64,000 nt of DNA, taken from NCBI GenBank assembly GCA_947259405.1, contig CAMYLY010000003.1:123833-187832 (forward strand), given 5' to 3'. Shown here piece by piece: positions 44,516 through 54,500 of this stretch (within the stretch, counting starts at the first letter, position 1; each line of letters opens with the position of its first letter). This stretch comes from an uncultured Gemmatimonadales bacterium. Its GTDB lineage: Bacteria; Gemmatimonadota; Gemmatimonadetes; Gemmatimonadales; GWC2-71-9. The notes beneath the pieces are model-generated. The model was not told the DNA's origin, searched no databases, and saw only the letters and a list, made by a program, of their open reading frames with translations. Both the position numbers and the translations under genes were made by a program.

Positions 44516-46093
44516 ATGAACGACCAAAGCCAAAAACCAGAGCATTGGACGAATATCAGCCGACGCGGTTGGCTCAAAGCGCTCGCCTCGTTGCCGGTCG
44601 TCGGCGTGTTCTTCTACAACTTCCTGAAGAAGAAAGCCAAGGACGACGCCGCGCAGGAAGCCATCATGTCCGAACTGCGCGTCCGCGAGGGTGGTCCGGC
44701 GTTCATTCCCGAGGCGGTGTCGCGACCACCCGGTGATCGTATCGGCATAGGGATCATTGGCATGGGCGGAGAGGGAGAGGCGTTGGTACGTCACGCGGGG
44801 TTCGCGCATCCGGAATGGATCGACGAGTCGCATGAAGAGCTCAAGGAGAATCCGGCCAGTAAGCGTCTCGAGACGTACCTCAATCAAGAAGACCTCAACA
44901 TCGCGATTACCGCGGCGTGCGATGTGTTTGACGTGCGCGCCGATCGTGCCATTGCGGCGTCGCAAGCGGAGGTGCGCTCAGGCGGCGGGCCGGCACTGGG
45001 TCCGGCCACGCGGTATCGCCGGTACACGGAAATGCTGGAGAGCCCGGATGTCGACGCGGTGATCATCGCCACGCCCGATCACTGGCACTCCCGCATGACG
45101 ATTGATGCCGCGGCCATGGGGAAGCACGTCTACTGCGAGAAATGCCTGACGCGCACCGAAGACGAGGCACACGCGGTCTACGACGCCGTCAAGAACTCCG
45201 ACATCGTGTTCCAGCTCGGGCACCAGAACCGGCAGTCGGAGAGCCACAGCAAGGCGAGCGAAGTCATCGACGCCGACATCCTCGGGCCGATCACGCTCGT
45301 AGAAGCGACCACGAATCGGAACACCACGTGGGGCGCGTGGGTGTGGGACATTCATGAGGATGGAAATCCGCAGACCATCGATTGGGAACACTTCCAGGAA
45401 CCGGCGCCCAACAAGGTGCCGTTCAATCTCGAGCGCTTCTTCCGCTGGCGCTGCTGGTTCGACTACGGCACCGGGTTAGCAGGCGACCTCTTGTCACACG
45501 AATACGATGCCGTGAACCAAGCACTCCAGTGTGGCATCCCACACTCGGCGTTTGCGTCTGGGGGGATCTACTACTTCAAGGACGGGCGCGACGTACCCGA
45601 TGTGTTCCAGGTCGTGTACGAGTATCCCGACCGCGACATGACGTTCGTGTACAGCGCGACGCTGGCGAACAGCAACTACCGCGGTCTCAAGTTCATGGGC
45701 CACGATGCGACCATGGAAGTGAGCGGCACGCTGTCCGTTACCGCTGAGCGCGACTCGACGCGCTACAAGGACAAAATCGAGGAAAAAATCATCGATCCTG
45801 CGCGGCCGATGTTCACGTATCGTGCCGGCTTCAAGGGCATCGACGCCGTCACGTCGGCGACCGAGCAGTACTTTGCCAGTCGCGGACTGCTGTACACGTA
45901 TCGGGAAGGCAGGCGCGTCTCCGCGTATCACTTGTTGATCAAGGACTGGCTTGACTGCATCCGGTACGGTGGCGAGCCCGCCTGCAACATCGAGCGGGCC
46001 ATCGAGGAGGCGATCACGTGTCACATGGCCACGCGATCACTGGAGGAAGGCCGATTGGTGAAGTGGGATCCAGTGCAGCGACGGATTGTCTGA
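44516..46093 (+). CDS. Tat-signal-anchored Gfo/Idh/MocA-family NAD(P)-dependent oxidoreductase
   Basis: 525 aa. It has the twin-arginine motif NISRRGWLKALASLPVVGVFFYNFL followed by KKKAKDD. The Rossmann motif is IGIGIIGMGGEG. It also contains VDAVIIATPDHWH and HVYCEK. The motif D443-A-V-T-S-A-T449 lies near the C-terminus. Confidence 0.85.
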   Translation: MNDQSQKPEHWTNISRRGWLKALASLPVVGVFFYNFLKKKAKDDAAQEAIMSELRVREGGPAFIPEAVSRPPGDRIGIGIIGMGGEGEALVRHAGFAHPEWIDESHEELKENPASKRLETYLNQEDLNIAITAACDVFDVRADRAIAASQAEVRSGGGPALGPATRYRRYTEMLESPDVDAVIIATPDHWHSRMTIDAAAMGKHVYCEKCLTRTEDEAHAVYDAVKNSDIVFQLGHQNRQSESHSKASEVIDADILGPITLVEATTNRNTTWGAWVWDIHEDGNPQTIDWEHFQEPAPNKVPFNLERFFRWRCWFDYGTGLAGDLLSHEYDAVNQALQCGIPHSAFASGGIYYFKDGRDVPDVFQVVYEYPDRDMTFVYSATLANSNYRGLKFMGHDATMEVSGTLSVTAERDSTRYKDKIEEKIIDPARPMFTYRAGFKGIDAVTSATEQYFASRGLLYTYREGRRVSAYHLLIKDWLDCIRYGGEPACNIERAIEEAITCHMATRSLEEGRLVKWDPVQRRIV

Positions 46094-46242
46094 CCGTATT
46101 CCTCACCGTCTTCGGGTTGGCTGTGGGGAGGATCGTGGATCGGCGTGGGGTGCGATCGAGGGGCTCGGCACGATGTGAGCAGTAGCCGGAGCATTCACCG
46201 CTCGGCTCGATGGTGCGAGCCCCCGGTCGTCGACGGGGGGTG

Positions 46243-47970
46243 CTATTGAGGTTCGCGTCGTTGCACTCTCCAGCTGCGCTCACCTTCACCGGGCACGAGT
46301 TCCCATCCGTCGGCTAAATCCAGTACCCAGCCGTCACCGGTCATGGGTGCGCCGTCTGCTGCGCCCGTCACCGGTACGACAACCGCTGTGATGAAACGAT
46401 CGTCGCGCACCAACAAGACACCACCGGAAGTTACGTCCAGGATGCCCCACTCATCAGTGATCCGTGCCGCGTCGTACACGGTCCCGATGCCCTGGAGAGG
46501 GTTCGCGCCGTTGGGGTTGAAGGAGTAGCGAAAGCTCGCTCCGGGAGCGACGGTGAGCGTCGGCGACTCGAGAAACCGCGTTCGCAACTCAGCCTGCACG
46601 GCGGCCTCCTGATCGGCCCGATCCTGTTCCTGGGCGATCACGCGTGTTCCGTCGTAGGCTGCCACACGTGACTCGGCGCCGGCATGGCGAACACGAAGCC
46701 CGTGCGCATCAGCAAGCATCGCGCCGAGGTCGCTCGTGGCAGTCACGTTGATACGCCAATTGTCTTCGACCGCGTCGAGCAACAGACCGTAGGCGGGACC
46801 TGAGGCATACGCGAAGCTCCGTACGAAGCTGTCCTGCAAATCGCGACGGCTGAGTGCAATGGCCGCGCGGTCGGCGAGCACGGATCCGGGCAGACCGCTC
46901 ATCACGAGCCCCGTGTATTCAGCGATTCCTTCGTTCAACTCAAGTGCGTTTTCAGTGGCTGCGGCACCGGGCACCAGCGAACGGCGGCGAGCGCGGAAGG
47001 CGAGGGCATCCTCGATGGCCGTTCGGCGATCCGCACCGCCACGCAGCAAAGCCTCGGCCAAGGCGCGCCATTCGAGGCGCAGCCAGATCCGACCGTCGCG
47101 TGTGGCAAGATGGTCGTTGGCCGGGTCCGACGCCGGCAGATTGAGGGCAGGCTGCAGGCGATGAAACGATTCGTGGAACAGCAGTTGTTGTCGAGCGTAT
47201 CGGTCCGACGGGACGGGCCACGCCACCATCGTCCACCTCCGTCCCGCCCACTCGAACGCGGTGTTGGCGATACTCTGATCTTCGGGAAGCGTCCCAGTCC
47301 ACACGCCGCCTTGGTCCGTCAGCATCTGTGCCGAGTCGGGGGCGTTGGCGGCAATGAACCGTGTGGCGCGGTCGACGAACATCAGTGGGCCCCGAAGGTC
47401 TTTACCCCAGAGCGCGCCGCCGTCAGCAGCACCGGCGGCCTCGACCTCGGCGAAGTATTGCCGAACCCACTCGAGGGGGATCGGTGTGTCTTGCGTTGGA
47501 TCCGTACCGTCTCGCCCTTGCCATTGGATCGTGCCGTCCTCGACGAGGTCGATCTTGAGGGCGTGGGTGGGGTCGTCCGTGTGAAACGTGATCGTGTTCC
47601 CGATGGTTGAGATGCGTGACAGCGGGAACGGAAGACCGTCCATGGACGCCGCCAGTACTTTCCGGTCTCGAACCTCGAGTGTGAACACGCCGGCAGCATC
47701 CCGGCCGTCAAACGCGTAGGACAAAGGACGCGACGCGGCAATAGGGGCCGCACCGATCACCGCTACAGCTGCTGCGGTCACCAACGCCGCCACCGACCAC
47801 TGGTGAGGTCCCCAGTCGCGCGCGCGCGACTGATGAAGTGCCATGCTGATGGTGTCCACCCACGCGCGCCCATCGCGGCGCGCGTGAAGCTCGGCCAAGT
47901 CCCCCAACAGCTCCTCGTGCCGACCGGGAGCGCAGAGCAGCCGGATGCACCACTCGATAAGGCGGCTCAT
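46243..47970 (-). CDS. PadR-coupled single-pass membrane protein with periplasmic HExxH (peptidase-MA-like) domain
   Basis: I place the start at the ATG at 47968-47970, which makes an ATGA overlap with the padR stop. The layout is a cytoplasmic N-terminal ~55 aa, then a TM helix (WSVAALVTAAAVAVIGAAPIAA), then a ~500-aa external region. The external region contains LLFHESFHRLQ and, ~70 aa downstream, LELNEGIAEYTG (a gluzincin-like third ligand). Confidence 0.6.
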   Translation of the reverse strand: MSRLIEWCIRLLCAPGRHEELLGDLAELHARRDGRAWVDTISMALHQSRARDWGPHQWSVAALVTAAAVAVIGAAPIAASRPLSYAFDGRDAAGVFTLEVRDRKVLAASMDGLPFPLSRISTIGNTITFHTDDPTHALKIDLVEDGTIQWQGRDGTDPTQDTPIPLEWVRQYFAEVEAAGAADGGALWGKDLRGPLMFVDRATRFIAANAPDSAQMLTDQGGVWTGTLPEDQSIANTAFEWAGRRWTMVAWPVPSDRYARQQLLFHESFHRLQPALNLPASDPANDHLATRDGRIWLRLEWRALAEALLRGGADRRTAIEDALAFRARRRSLVPGAAATENALELNEGIAEYTGLVMSGLPGSVLADRAAIALSRRDLQDSFVRSFAYASGPAYGLLLDAVEDNWRINVTATSDLGAMLADAHGLRVRHAGAESRVAAYDGTRVIAQEQDRADQEAAVQAELRTRFLESPTLTVAPGASFRYSFNPNGANPLQGIGTVYDAARITDEWGILDVTSGGVLLVRDDRFITAVVVPVTGAADGAPMTGDGWVLDLADGWELVPGEGERSWRVQRREPQ

Positions 47971-48293
47971 GAGCGCGCGGGGGCTTGGATCGCGTTCCAC
48001 AGGTAGTCGCGCAGCGTGCGCGCTTCGGCCATGGCGGCTTGGCCTCGGCCGGTGATGCGGAACAGCCGCTTACGCTTGCCACCGCGTTCGGCTGTGGTGC
48101 CGCCCATCCGCGACTTGACGAGTCCTTTGCGCTGGAGTCGATCGAGTGTGGCGTACACCGCGCCAACCGACACGCGGTTGCCCGTACCTTCCTCCAGGTG
48201 GTCTCGAATCGTCACGCCGTATCCGTCGCCAGCCAATCCGGCGACCGCCAGCAGTACGAGCTCTTCGAACCCACCGAGTCGCTCTTCGGCCAT
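47967..48293 (-). CDS. PadR-family transcriptional regulator
   Basis: 108 aa. It contains LVLLAVAGLAGDGYGVTIRDHLEEGTGNRVSVGAVYATLDRLQRKGLVKS. Confidence 0.9.
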   Translation of the reverse strand: MAEERLGGFEELVLLAVAGLAGDGYGVTIRDHLEEGTGNRVSVGAVYATLDRLQRKGLVKSRMGGTTAERGGKRKRLFRITGRGQAAMAEARTLRDYLWNAIQAPARS

Positions 48294-48298
48294 GATTG

Positions 48299-48327
48299 AT
48301 TATATCTACATAATAGAATAAATTCAA
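48299..48327 (-). promoter_or_regulatory. Near-consensus sigma70 promoter giving a leaderless or near-leaderless padR transcript
   Basis: The minus strand reads TTGAAT (complement of 48322-48327), a 17-nt spacer, then TATAAT (complement of 48299-48304). Only 5 nt (caatc) then precede the padR ATG. The spacer contains the small palindrome TCTA-N5-TAGA. Confidence 0.5.
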
Positions 48328-48446
48328 CGACGGCGGCTGCCTGTCGTGGTGGTGGGGGTGCGCAGTTCTCGCCAAACCGATATCCTTCCCGATCCATCAT
48401 GCCCTGGTGAAGCGATGGAAAGCCAACGGCATTGTTCTGCTCACGC

Positions 48447-50114
48447 ATGAGTTTCTTTGAAAGGCGGCGCAACGTGAGGCGATACCTGTCTTTGCTTCTG
48501 GCATTGACCACACTGGGTTGGGGCAGCGCATGGGCGCAGTCAACCGATCAGTACGAGCGCATCCTCACCAACGCCTACGAACCGGACGGCCCGGGCGCGA
48601 CCGCCATCGTCGCGCGCGGCGACTCGGTCCTCTTCCTCGGTGCGGCCGGACTGGCCGACGTCGAGTTGGGCGTCCCGCTCGGCCCGGACATGGTATTTGA
48701 GATCGGGTCCATCACCAAGCAGTTCACGGCGGCGGCGATCATGATGTTGGCGGAAGAGGGCAAGCTCTCGACTGACGATCCGCTATCCAAGTTCCTGCCG
48801 GATTATCCGAACGGCGATGCGTATACGGTCGAGCACCTGCTCACGCACACATCAGGCATCGTGAGTTATACGGGCATACCGGAGTACATGCGCACCAAAG
48901 TGCGCCAGGACATGACGCCCGATGAAATCATCGATGAGTTCGATCATCTGCCGGTCGAATTCGAGCCGGGAGAGCGTTTCGCGTACAACAACTCGGGGTA
49001 CATCCTGCTCGGCGCGATCATCGAGGAGGTGAGCGGCGAAAGCTACGAGGACTACGTCGAAGAACACATCTTCGCGAAACTCGGCATGGCATCGGCGCGC
49101 TACGGACATCGTGACGAGATCATCCCGCGCCGCGCCGAGGGGTATCGCGGTACTGCAGGATCGTACGCGAACGCCCAGTACTTGAGCATGACACAGCCGT
49201 ACGCGGCCGGCTCGTTGATGATGAACGTGGCAGATTGGCATCGGTGGAGCCGAGCATTGTTCGGTGGCCATGTGATCTCGCCCGAGGCCGTCGAGCGAAT
49301 GAGTACGCCGTACGTGCTGGACGACGGTGACACGACGCAGTACGGATACGGTCTCGGCGTCGGCGATATCCGCGACCGTCCGGTTGTGCAGCATGGTGGC
49401 GGCATCTTCGGGTACTCAACCTCGGGGTACTACGTCCCGGACGACGAGATCTTCGTTGCCGTGTTTTCCAATAACCCGAATGCTGGCATGAACGGCATCA
49501 CCGCCATCCGACTCGCGGCCGCTGCGTTGGGTGAGCCGTTCCCGATGCCCGAGGCGGTCGCGTTCGATCCCGCGGTCCACGGGCGCTATGAGGGTCTCTA
49601 CGAGATGGAGGATAGTGTGGAGATGTCCGTGTGGATCGAGGACGGTGCACTGTACACGCAACGAGCGGGGCAGCCGCGTCGTCAAGCGACGCCCGCGTCG
49701 GACACTGAGTTCTTCTACAAGCGCGCGTTGTTGAATGTCGAGTTCGTGGTGGAAAACGACGCGGTGACGGGCATGGTCGTGCATACTGCAGACGAAACGA
49801 TGCGCGCCGAGCGCGTGGGCGACGTACCTGCCACGAAGCGCGACGTTTCGGTCAGTGTAGAGATTCTCGAGCGCTACGTCGGTGTCTACGTCGTTCGTGA
49901 GGGGTTCGAACTCACGATCAGTCGCGAACAGGACGGGCTGCGCGCCGTGGCCACCGGGCAAGGCGGGATTGAGTTACAGGCCAGGTCCGAGACCGAGTTC
50001 TTCAACTCGCAAATCGGCGTCGACATCGAATTCGTGGTCGAGAACGGGCAGGCGGTGGCATTGATCGTCAGGCAGGGAGCGCAGGAGATTCGGGCCGAGA
50101 AGAAGAACGACTGA
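48447..50114 (+). CDS. Secreted serine hydrolase (beta-lactamase class C fold) with C-terminal extra domains
   Basis: Start at the ATG at 48447 (MSFFERRRNVRRYLSLLLALTTLGWGSAWAQ). The SxxK motif is GSITKQFTA and the YxN motif is YNNSGY. Confidence 0.85.
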   Translation: MSFFERRRNVRRYLSLLLALTTLGWGSAWAQSTDQYERILTNAYEPDGPGATAIVARGDSVLFLGAAGLADVELGVPLGPDMVFEIGSITKQFTAAAIMMLAEEGKLSTDDPLSKFLPDYPNGDAYTVEHLLTHTSGIVSYTGIPEYMRTKVRQDMTPDEIIDEFDHLPVEFEPGERFAYNNSGYILLGAIIEEVSGESYEDYVEEHIFAKLGMASARYGHRDEIIPRRAEGYRGTAGSYANAQYLSMTQPYAAGSLMMNVADWHRWSRALFGGHVISPEAVERMSTPYVLDDGDTTQYGYGLGVGDIRDRPVVQHGGGIFGYSTSGYYVPDDEIFVAVFSNNPNAGMNGITAIRLAAAALGEPFPMPEAVAFDPAVHGRYEGLYEMEDSVEMSVWIEDGALYTQRAGQPRRQATPASDTEFFYKRALLNVEFVVENDAVTGMVVHTADETMRAERVGDVPATKRDVSVSVEILERYVGVYVVREGFELTISREQDGLRAVATGQGGIELQARSETEFFNSQIGVDIEFVVENGQAVALIVRQGAQEIRAEKKND

Positions 50115-50159
50115 CTGACCTCGCGGTGTTGTGCAACCGCAGGCGGAACGCCGCTGGCT

Positions 50160-51467
50160 TCATCGCTCCGCCGCGAGTTCGAGCAGGATCACCAGATCGA
50201 TCGTGTCCGGGTCGCGCGGTGGAAGGCGCAGCGTTAGCCCGTCGCGACTCAGGCGAAATTCCACGGGGATATCGTCGGCCAGCATGCGCGCAGCCCGCAC
50301 GGCGCGCGGCAGACGGGGGAGTGATAGTTCGGGATCGTCCCAATCCAGCACATGCACGAACACTGAGTCGCCACGCTGCGTCGTGACGCCCCACGGTCGC
50401 GGCCCGATGGGACCGCCACGGGTGCCATAGATACTCTCACCGTACCGGGCGATCCATTCGCCGATGCCGCGTAGGCGGGCGACGTGCTCGGGGTGGATCG
50501 TCCCATCGGGGAGCGGCCCCACGTTGAGAAGCAGATTGGCATTGCGTCCCGCGGCTTCGACCAGCAGGCGCACCAGGGCCGACACCGATTTGTAGTTCCG
50601 ATCCGTAATGCTGTAGCCCCATGTAGACCCGATCGTCTCCGATGTCTCGAGCGGGACCGCGTCGCTGATGGCAGCGGTGTTCCAGCCGGCCGTGTTGCCT
50701 CCGGGAAGATCCTTCTCGAACGTCTGGGCGTCCTCACCGGGTAACGGGTCCTGGTGATGGTTGGGGATGATGAGCGCCGCCGGCTGGAGGTCGTGGATCA
50801 TCGAGTAGGTCTGTTCCAAACGCCATTCCGCGTCAGGACGGTCCCACATACCGTCGAACCACACGCCGCCCAACGCACCATAGTTGGTGAACAACTCTCG
50901 CAACTGTGCATCCATGTAGTCGAGGTATCGCTCCCACTTGCCACTCTCCGGTCGCCCTGCGCGGTTGCCCGTGCGTCCACGTGGGAAGTAATCGGGATGA
51001 TGCCAGTCGAGCTGTGAGTAGTAGACGAACAGCTTAAGACCTTGCCGTCGGCAAGCGTCGGCGAGCTCTCGGACGATGTCGCGCTTGAACGGCGTGCGAT
51101 CCATCACGTCCCAGTCGCTCACCTCGGAGTCGAAGAGCGCGAACCCGTCGTGGTGTTTCGTGATGAGCGTGATGTAGCGCATGCCCGCGGCGCGAGCGAG
51201 GGTCACCCAGGCGTCGGCATCGAACGCCGTGGGGTTGAACGTCCCCGCGATGCGTTCGTACTCGCCGGCAGGAATTCCCCGGACCTCCATCACCCACTCG
51301 CCGTCCATCAACACGCTCGAGATGCCCCAGTGGATGAACATGCCGAGCTTGGCATCTTGGAACCATTCGCGCGCGCGCAGGTTTTCGTGAGAGGGTTCGT
51401 ACACGTCCTGCGCGAGAAGCAGGAACGGGAAGAGCATGAGCATCGTGAGTGCTCGGATGACGCGCAC
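50160..51467 (-). CDS. Secreted alpha-L-fucosidase (GH29)
   Basis: 435 aa with a signal peptide. It contains WFQDAKLGMFIHWG, ITLITKHHDGFALFDS, YYSQLDWHHP and GVWFDG. Confidence 0.9.
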   Translation of the reverse strand: MRVIRALTMLMLFPFLLLAQDVYEPSHENLRAREWFQDAKLGMFIHWGISSVLMDGEWVMEVRGIPAGEYERIAGTFNPTAFDADAWVTLARAAGMRYITLITKHHDGFALFDSEVSDWDVMDRTPFKRDIVRELADACRRQGLKLFVYYSQLDWHHPDYFPRGRTGNRAGRPESGKWERYLDYMDAQLRELFTNYGALGGVWFDGMWDRPDAEWRLEQTYSMIHDLQPAALIIPNHHQDPLPGEDAQTFEKDLPGGNTAGWNTAAISDAVPLETSETIGSTWGYSITDRNYKSVSALVRLLVEAAGRNANLLLNVGPLPDGTIHPEHVARLRGIGEWIARYGESIYGTRGGPIGPRPWGVTTQRGDSVFVHVLDWDDPELSLPRLPRAVRAARMLADDIPVEFRLSRDGLTLRLPPRDPDTIDLVILLELAAER

Positions 51468-51534
51468 GGATCCTCCGAAGTAGGTCGTGTCGCAATCTGT
51501 GGATGGGAAGTGCTACGCGCCAGGATCTGACGAG

Positions 51535-54500
51535 CTAGCGCTCCGCGACCAACGCCGCAATCCGCTGGCGCACGTCTCCAACCACGGGTTGTAACTCGGG
51601 ATCGGCGTCCTGCCATCGATCGACAAAGCGGCTGTAGTACGCGATCGCATCGTCGCGTTCCCCGCGCGCTTCGTACAGCTCGCCCAGCCGTTTGTGCACC
51701 TGTGGCTGCCAGAACGCATCCACGTTGATGCGGTTGTATCTCAGTGTGGCGTCATACTTGCGGAAATAGTGGATGGCGGAGTCGGCTGCGCCGAGGCGAT
51801 CGAACGTGCTGGCCAGGGCGATGGCCGACCGCCTTTCCGACCAGTAGCGCGCGTCGGAGGAATGGAACCCCAACAGAGATTGCTCGAGTTGCCCTCGTGT
51901 CTGCGCGATCACAGCTTCGGCGGCCGCGAACCCCCGATTGCGGGCTTGTACCGTTTCTGGAACCTGGGAACGATACGCGCTCCAGGCCGCCTGTGCGCGG
52001 GCGGGCTGGCCAGCGTGCGCGTAGAAGCGTACGAGGTTGAGGTACGGCCGGTCGGCCGGTGCAAGGGAGTCGAAGGGGAACCGCTCGAGTGCGCCTTCAA
52101 TCTCGCCCAGCGCACGAGCGGTGTCGCCCTGAAGGGCAAGGTGCATCCACGCGATACGCTCAGCGGCGAAGAAATACGGCCGTCCACGTCCCTGTCGTTC
52201 AAAGGTTCGCATTGCCTCGCGCTCGTGCCGTTCAGCCTCGGTGAGCTTGCCCTCGAATTCCGCGAGCCGCGCCAGCCACCAGGACGTGTTCGCTTGAACC
52301 GCCTGGTTCGACGCTAAGCGCCCACGCAGCTCCGTGATGTGCCGCCGCGTCTCCGACACACTGCCCGTGTCGAAGGCGATGTGGGCCCGGTGGTAGCTCG
52401 GCGCCGGGTTGTCCGCGGGGAGCAGTTCTTCCAACTGGTCGATGGTCCGGCTCGCCTCCTGGAACTCGCCCAATGCCACCTGGGCCTGGATGAGCCCCGC
52501 GAACATGAAACTTCCAGTGCCTCCGCGATCAATGGCCTCCCGGCTCATCCGCGCCGCGTCGGAGTAACGACGCACCCCCCGGTACATCACCGCGAGGTTG
52601 TTGTAGCCATTTAGGTGGTCTGGATCGAGGCTCACGAGCGCTTCGTACGCATCGATGGCCTCGTCCAGGTCACCGGTGACGAGCCAGTGATACTTGCCGG
52701 CGATGTAGTACTGCTGGGCATCCGGTAGGCGGGACCGGAGCGTGAACGCCCGCGTCATGGCCTCGTCGACCCGTGCCGGTTCGCGTCCTTCGTTCGACAG
52801 GTAGGTGCCGATGCGATCCCACGCTTCGGCAAACGTCGTGTCGATCTCGACGGCGCGTTCGTAAAACGGCAATGCGGCATCGAGGTCGCCGGTCATCCAC
52901 ATCGTTCGGTTGCCTTCAGTGAAGTTGCGCAGAGCGTCGAGCGACGACGTGGTGGCGCGCGAGAGACGAGGACTCGCGCGCAAGTTGCGCAGGGATTCGC
53001 CCGTACGCTCTCGCAATTGGCGTGAGAGCGATTCGATGGCCGAGATGATCTGCCCGTCGTCTGATGCCGTCGCACGTACCCCCGTGAGGTCCGTGCCATC
53101 ACCCGCGCCGACAACGGTGGCACTCAGCACGTATCCTGCTCCAGCAGGGTTGATCTCGCCAACTACGATAGCCTCTGCGCCCTCGCGAATGGCAATCTCG
53201 CGCGCAAGGGAAGGCTCGAGTGGCAATGTCGGGTCGCGCTCCATCCGTTCTAGGACCTCGACGACGTCACTGAGCGACATCAGCTCGACCGTCGAGGTCT
53301 GTGCCAAGTCGATCCGCAACGCCTCGGTCACGGTTTCTGAAATGCCAGCGTCCGTGTTGTCCGAAAAATCCGCTAGGACCACCAACGCACCCTCGGTGAG
53401 TGCGTTGGACGATACCAGGGTCGCCGCGGGTCCGATCCCGAACGTGCGCATCCCGGCCCATGCGGTGGCAGCGATAACGAGTGCGGTCAGCGCGGCGCCT
53501 GCTCCGGCGATGGTCCGGCGCCACCTAAACCATCCCGCAATCCCGGTGGGAGTTTCGAGCATGGCACCCGTTGTCCGCGCCAGTGCCCTCTTCCGTTCGT
53601 GGTGGCCGGTGAGCAGCATGGCGGGAAGACCGAACGCGAGAACTGCGATGGCGCCCGACAACACCCACGACGGTAGTCCTATGAAGTTCATGGTGGCGTA
53701 CACCAAGGCGACCACGCCGACACTGGCCAGCGCGTAGAGTGCGGCGACGCGCACCGGGTGCGCGCGACGTGCCGCCTCGTGATGCTCAACAGCCGCGACT
53801 GGCTGCGTGCCTGTTGGCGTCATGCCGCCGCTTGGCGTCGCCATCGACTCGAACTGCACGCGGAGTTCCTCCACGTGTTGCCAGCGGTCGGCCGGCTTCT
53901 TCGCAAGGCAACGCATAACCAGCTCGGCCAGCGCGACGGGGACCGTGTCGCGGTGGGCGGTTACCGGATCGGGATCTTGGGTGACATGGGCCGCCAGCAC
54001 TCCCTGGGGCGTTCCGCTGGTGAAGGGAGGCCTGCCCGTCAGCATCTCGTACGCCATCGCGCCCAGCGCGTAGACGTCTGCACGGTGGTCGATGGTCGGA
54101 TTCGCCGCCGCTTGTTCCGGCGACATGTAGGCTGGCGTGCCGAGTGCCACACCAACAGACGTGAGCGTGTCGCCGCCACTGGACTCACTTACGGCCTTGG
54201 CAACCCCAAAGTCTGTCACGACCGCGTGATTGCCCGTCAGCAAAACGTTGTCCGGTTTCACGTCGCGGTGCACGACGCCGTGTTCGTGGGCGTAGGCCAA
54301 CGCATCGGCCACGTCGCGCAGGATTCGCGCGGCTTCCCCAATGGGCAGCTCGCCTTCGCGGGCGAGCTTGGCACGCAGCGACTCGCCCTCGATGAAGGGC
54401 ATCACGTACCACAGCAGGTCACCGTGCGAGCCTGCGGTGAGGAGGGGGACGACGTGCGGATGTTGGAGACGCGCCGCGAGTTGAATCTCCCGTCGGAACC

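Noticed and set aside
46219-46240. GC hairpin (GCCCCCGGTCG / CGACGGGGGG) as a terminator
   Set aside because: No T-run follows it on either strand. On the minus strand it does begin 2 nt downstream of the HExxH-protein stop (46243-46245), but it lies 125 nt past the upstream plus-strand gene's stop. The evidence is too weak to list as a feature.
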